From assembly GCA_031288735.1 (NCBI GenBank), contig JAITQU010000114.1, positions 1 through 58,568 of the forward strand: 58,568 bases of DNA, given 5' to 3'. The notes under the pieces were generated by a model. The model did not search any database. It saw nothing but the letters and a program-made list of their open reading frames with translations, and was not told the DNA's origin. Position numbers and translations under genes: made by a program. Positions 54,700-58,568 of the stretch are shown piece by piece. The stretch comes from Christensenellaceae bacterium. Lineage in GTDB: Bacteria; Bacillota; Clostridia; Christensenellales; DTU072. Every line of letters starts with the position of its first letter. The first letter of the stretch is position 1.

Positions 54700-55600
54700 A
54701 AGTTCTATGGATTAAGGCCCAAAAACGCATTAAAGAGTTTGCAAAAAGTAGTTTGGTTGGAAGATGTCAAAGATTTTAAAAGAAGTATCGGTTAGAATAT
54801 GACAACATCCATCAAGATGAAATCAAGGTACATTTGGGTGAGTATTGTAATGATAGAAGGATAAAAGCAACGTCAACGGCAAAGCATAGGAAGAATAATA
54901 AGGGAACTAAAACCTGATTTGACCGGTTTTAGGGAATTTTGTCAAAAACACCATGCTAAAAGGCATTCACTTTTAACAAACTGTCTTTTTTAATCCTTTT
55001 TATTTTCTAAGGCTTTTTCCTCATATTGCCAGTCCTATTTTGATTTTTAAATAACAGTAGATATATTACAAGTAGGCAGTGTGCATTTGGAAATAGAAGA
55101 GAAAAAACTATATTTAATAAACGCAATAGATGTAAAAGGAAAGATAGCTTTTAGTAAGCAGTATAAAAGATTAAACAGTAAAAATACCGAAGAGTTTTTT
55201 AAGCAATTGCAAAAGGAATATCCATTTAAAATAAAGACAATACAGACAGACAATGGAAGTGAATTTTAAAGATATGAACATAGATATTTTCAAAAGCAAA
55301 AGTTGAAGCATTATTGGAATTACCTAAAAAGACCAAAGAGTAATGCGTATATAGAACGGTTTAATAGAACGATAAAAGAACAGTTTATATATAAAAACCA
55401 AGATTGCATAAGTGATTGCGATATAGCAAATAAGAAGATTAAAGAATGGCTTTTGTGGTACAATACCAAAAGATATCATAAGACTCTAAATTATCAAACG
55501 CCTCTTCTTTATTCTTTGGCTTTGATTTCTGAAAATAAGTCCAATATTTGTGATATTCTACAATGTATTACATTTTTAAAACAAAAAATATATAATTAAT
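54700..55600 (+). mobile_element. IS481-like (rve/DDE) insertion sequence, decayed copy 2
   Basis: The frames read HQDEIKVHLGEYCNDRRIK, LYLINAIDVKGKIAFSKQYKRLNSKNTEEFFKQLQKEYPFKIKTIQTDNGSEF and NAYIERFNRTIKEQFIYKNQ...WLLWYNTKRYHKTLNYQTPL. An unrelated segment near 54900-55080 and several stops interrupt them. It is homologous to 15850-16925 and in the same orientation. Confidence 0.6.
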
Positions 55601-55661
55601 TAATATTTTAATATTAGAGAGTTTAAAGAAACTTTTATATTAATATCCGATAGGAGTTAAA

Positions 55662-58310
55662 ATGGCCAAAACAAAAAATAAAAAAATTGTTAAAAGTGTT
55701 ACTCCTAGCCCGGATGAGGGAAAACCATTTATAAACAATCCTAAATCTTTAAAAAAACTTATTTCCCGTGTAAAGAAAGCACAAGAAACTTATGCTACGT
55801 TTACTCAAGATCGTGTTGATTCTATTTTTAAAGCCGCAGCAATTGCCGCAAATAAAGCAAGAATTTATCTTGCTAAAATTGCTGTAGAAGAAACTGGTAT
55901 GGGCATTATTGAAGATAAAGTTATAAAAAATCATTTTGCTAGCGAATATATTTATAATAAACATAAAGATGCTTTAACTTGTGGCATAATAATGGAAGAC
56001 GAGCCAAACGGTATTAAAATAGTAGCAGACCCTGTAGGTGTCATAGCAGGTATTATTCCAACAACTAACCCGACTTCAACTGCAATTTTTAAATCTCTTA
56101 TAATATTAAAAACAAGAAATGGCATAATCTTTTCTCCTCATCCGAGGGCTAAAAAATCTACTATAGAAGCTGCAAAAATTGTTTTAAATGCTGCTATTAA
56201 AGCTGGCGCTCCAGAGGATATTATAGGCTGGATAGACGTACCTTCTTTAGAACTTACAAATTTGCTTATTACAGCCCAGAATGTTGCTACAGTGCTTGCA
56301 ACAGGTGGCCCTTCGATGGTAAGAGCTGCATATTCTTCTGGTAAACCAGCTTTAGGTGTAGGTCCAGGAAATACTCCTGCAATTATTGATGAGACTGCAG
56401 ATATACAAATGGCAGTTTCTTCTATTTTAATGTCTAAAACTTTTGATAATGGCATGATTTGCGCTTCAGAGCAATCAATAATAATTGTAAAGGATGTTTA
56501 TAAAAAAGTTATTGATGAGTTGGTTCTTAGAGGCGCATATATTTTAAATAAGAACGAAAAAACTAAAGTTGCACAAACTATGATTGTTAATGGTAAATTG
56601 AATTCTCAAATAGTTGGCCAATGTGCATATAAAATTGCTCAGTTGTCAGGTATAAAAGTGCCTAAATATGTAAAAATTCTTGCAGGGGAAGTTTCAGAAA
56701 TAAGTTTAAATGAAGCTTTTGCCTACGAAAAGTTATCTCCAGTTATTGCCATTTATAAAGCTAAAAATTTTGAGGATGCAATAGAAAAAGCTTATAAACT
56801 TGTAGAACTAGGCGGGGCAGGCCACACGTCTGTTTTATATACTGATGAAAGAAAGCAAAATAGAATTGATATTTTTGCAAAAAAATTGCATACAGGTCGT
56901 GTGTTAATAAATACTCCTTCATCTCAAGGTGGCATAGGCGATTTATATAACTTTAAACTAGAGCCGTCACTTACTCTTGGTTGCGGTTCTTGGGGAGGTA
57001 ATGCTGTGAGTGAAAATGTTGGAGTAAGACATTTATTAAATTATAAAACTGTTGCTCAAAGACGCGAAAACATGTTGTGGTTTAGGGTGCCTCCAAAAAT
57101 CTATTTTAAAAGAGGTGCAACAGATTTAGCTTTGCGTGAGCTTGCTGGCAAAAAACGTGCATTTATAGTTACTGACAGGTTTCTATTTGATTCAGGAGCA
57201 GTTTATAATATTACAAGAGTTTTGGAAGAGATAAATGTTGACTATCAAATCTTTTTTGATGTTAAAGCAGACCCTACTCTTAGTACTATAAATGAAGCTT
57301 TAGTAATGATTAAAGTGTATCAGCCTGATGTCATTATTGCATTTGGCGGAGGGTCTCCAATAGATGCTGCAAAAATCATGTGGTTAATGTACGAAAATCC
57401 ATATACTGACTTTCAAGATATTGCAATGAGGTTTATGGATATTAGAAAAAGGATTTGCAATATTTCTGCATTAGGAAACAAGTCGCAAATGGTTGCAGTT
57501 CCAACAACTTCTGGCACAGGATCTGAAGTTACACCTTTTGCTGTTATTACTGAAGATTTGACTCACATAAAATATCCAATAGCAGATTATGCGTTAACAC
57601 CAAACATGGCAATAATAGACCCAAATTTTGTTGATTCTATGCCTAAAAGTTTATGTGCTGCATCGGGAATAGATGCTTTAACTCACTCTATAGAAGCATA
57701 TGTTTCTGTTCTTGCAACAAACTTTACAAACTCACCTGCTTTAGAAGCTGTAAAATTGATATTTAGGTATCTACCACGCTCGTATGAGCAGGGCATAAAT
57801 GACCCAATTGCAAGAGAAAAAATGCACTATGCTTCAACACTTGCTGGCATGGCTTTTGCAAACGCTTTTTTAGGAGTTTCTCATTCACTAGCGCACAAGT
57901 TAGGTGCAGCGTTTAATATTCCTCATGGCGTTTGTAATGCTTTGGTTATAAATCAAGTAATAAGATATAATGCTACTGACCGTCCAAAAAAACAAGCAAT
58001 TTTTCCTCAGTATAAATTTCCAAACGCAAAAGCAAAATATGGACAAATTGCAGATGAGTTAGGTCTTGGCGGGAAAAATGATGATGATAAAGTTGAATTG
58101 TTAATAAAGGCTGTAACTAAATTAAAGAAAGATATTGGCTTACCTGTCTCTATAAAAGAGTATGGCATTGAAGAAAAGTCCTTTTATAATAGTTTGGACA
58201 ATTTGGTAGACCAAGCTTTTGATGATCAATGTACAGGGGCAAATCCTGTGTATCCTTTAATGGAAGATTTAAAAAATATTTTGATAAAAGCTTATAATGG
58301 CGATATTTAA
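55662..58310 (+). CDS. adhE: Bifunctional acetaldehyde-CoA / alcohol dehydrogenase
   Basis: The protein is 882 aa. The N-terminal aldehyde dehydrogenase half has the FDNGMICASEQS catalytic Cys. The C-terminal iron-type alcohol dehydrogenase half has GGGSPIDAAK and the HSLAHKLGAAFNIPHG metal ligands. Confidence 0.95.
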   Translation: MAKTKNKKIVKSVTPSPDEGKPFINNPKSLKKLISRVKKAQETYATFTQDRVDSIFKAAAIAANKARIYLAKIAVEETGMGIIEDKVIKNHFASEYIYNKHKDALTCGIIMEDEPNGIKIVADPVGVIAGIIPTTNPTSTAIFKSLIILKTRNGIIFSPHPRAKKSTIEAAKIVLNAAIKAGAPEDIIGWIDVPSLELTNLLITAQNVATVLATGGPSMVRAAYSSGKPALGVGPGNTPAIIDETADIQMAVSSILMSKTFDNGMICASEQSIIIVKDVYKKVIDELVLRGAYILNKNEKTKVAQTMIVNGKLNSQIVGQCAYKIAQLSGIKVPKYVKILAGEVSEISLNEAFAYEKLSPVIAIYKAKNFEDAIEKAYKLVELGGAGHTSVLYTDERKQNRIDIFAKKLHTGRVLINTPSSQGGIGDLYNFKLEPSLTLGCGSWGGNAVSENVGVRHLLNYKTVAQRRENMLWFRVPPKIYFKRGATDLALRELAGKKRAFIVTDRFLFDSGAVYNITRVLEEINVDYQIFFDVKADPTLSTINEALVMIKVYQPDVIIAFGGGSPIDAAKIMWLMYENPYTDFQDIAMRFMDIRKRICNISALGNKSQMVAVPTTSGTGSEVTPFAVITEDLTHIKYPIADYALTPNMAIIDPNFVDSMPKSLCAASGIDALTHSIEAYVSVLATNFTNSPALEAVKLIFRYLPRSYEQGINDPIAREKMHYASTLAGMAFANAFLGVSHSLAHKLGAAFNIPHGVCNALVINQVIRYNATDRPKKQAIFPQYKFPNAKAKYGQIADELGLGGKNDDDKVELLIKAVTKLKKDIGLPVSIKEYGIEEKSFYNSLDNLVDQAFDDQCTGANPVYPLMEDLKNILIKAYNGDI

Positions 58311-58325
58311 AATTATTGCTCACAA

Positions 58326-58568
58326 CTACTCGTTTACACTTTCAAACTTACAAGCTATTTCCTTATCCTTACCAAAGGCCACTGCCAACAAACTCACTTC
58401 TTGTCCCATATACTTCTCATAATATTTCTTATCACTTATCTGCCTCATTCCTTCCTGCAACATCTTCTTTGCTTGCTTATTCTCACCATACTTTATCTCT
58501 ACTACTATCACTTTATCTTCCTTCTTTAATATTGCATCTGCCCTTCCCTTATCTGTATGCACCTCTCC
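58326..58568 (-). CDS. PD-(D/E)XK nuclease-family domain protein, C-terminal part (partial; continues beyond window)
   Basis: The minus-strand frame is open to the window edge. (GEV)HTDKGRADAILKKEDKVIVVEIKYGEN... fits the D...(D/E)xK pattern of DUF1703-type C-termini of predicted AAA-ATPase proteins. Confidence 0.55.
   Translation of the reverse strand, partial: GEVHTDKGRADAILKKEDKVIVVEIKYGENKQAKKMLQEGMRQISDKKYYEKYMGQEVSLLAVAFGKDKEIACKFESVNE

Overview
The backbone is AT-rich, about 28-32% GC on hand-counted 60-nt lines, and looks like an anaerobe chromosome. It carries the mfd 3' end, clpB, ackA, the yceD-rpmF-plsX-fabH-fabD-fabG-acpP-fabF-rnc block and bcd-etfB-etfA, and resumes with adhE at 55662. 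Between etfA (ends 14748) and adhE lies about 41 kb of inserted DNA. The insertion is bracketed by two decayed IS481-like transposase copies in the same orientation and contains IS3, IS256 (two pieces) and IS1 wreckage. Its core (18222-50339, about 40-47% GC on spot counts) is an uninterrupted, tightly packed + strand trans-AT NRPS-PKS gene cluster. The first part is a TrmH/SpoU methyltransferase-Sfp PPTase-type II thioesterase operon. Next comes a 3.4k-aa megasynthase (C-A-T-C-A-T-KS-ACP-aminotransferase-degenerate C). It is followed by a PLP decarboxylase, an aminotransferase, two free carrier proteins, a free FabD-like acyltransferase and a C-A-T-E NRPS. The rest comprises two BtrH-like Cys/His proteins, a GT4 glycosyltransferase, a membrane-anchored S12 beta-lactamase-fold hydrolase, a carbamoyltransferase, a SAM methyltransferase and two radical SAM enzymes. 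The main hypothesis is a new member of the N-acyl-D-Asn prodrug family. The support is a C-A(Asn-like code)-T-E module plus a ClbP-like hydrolase with three C-terminal TM helices. This logic is combined with butirosin-like carrier-protein acyl transfer and with glycosyl, carbamoyl, methyl and radical SAM tailoring. There is no integrated thioesterase. All domain and specificity calls are by-eye motif readings and need HMM or antiSMASH confirmation.
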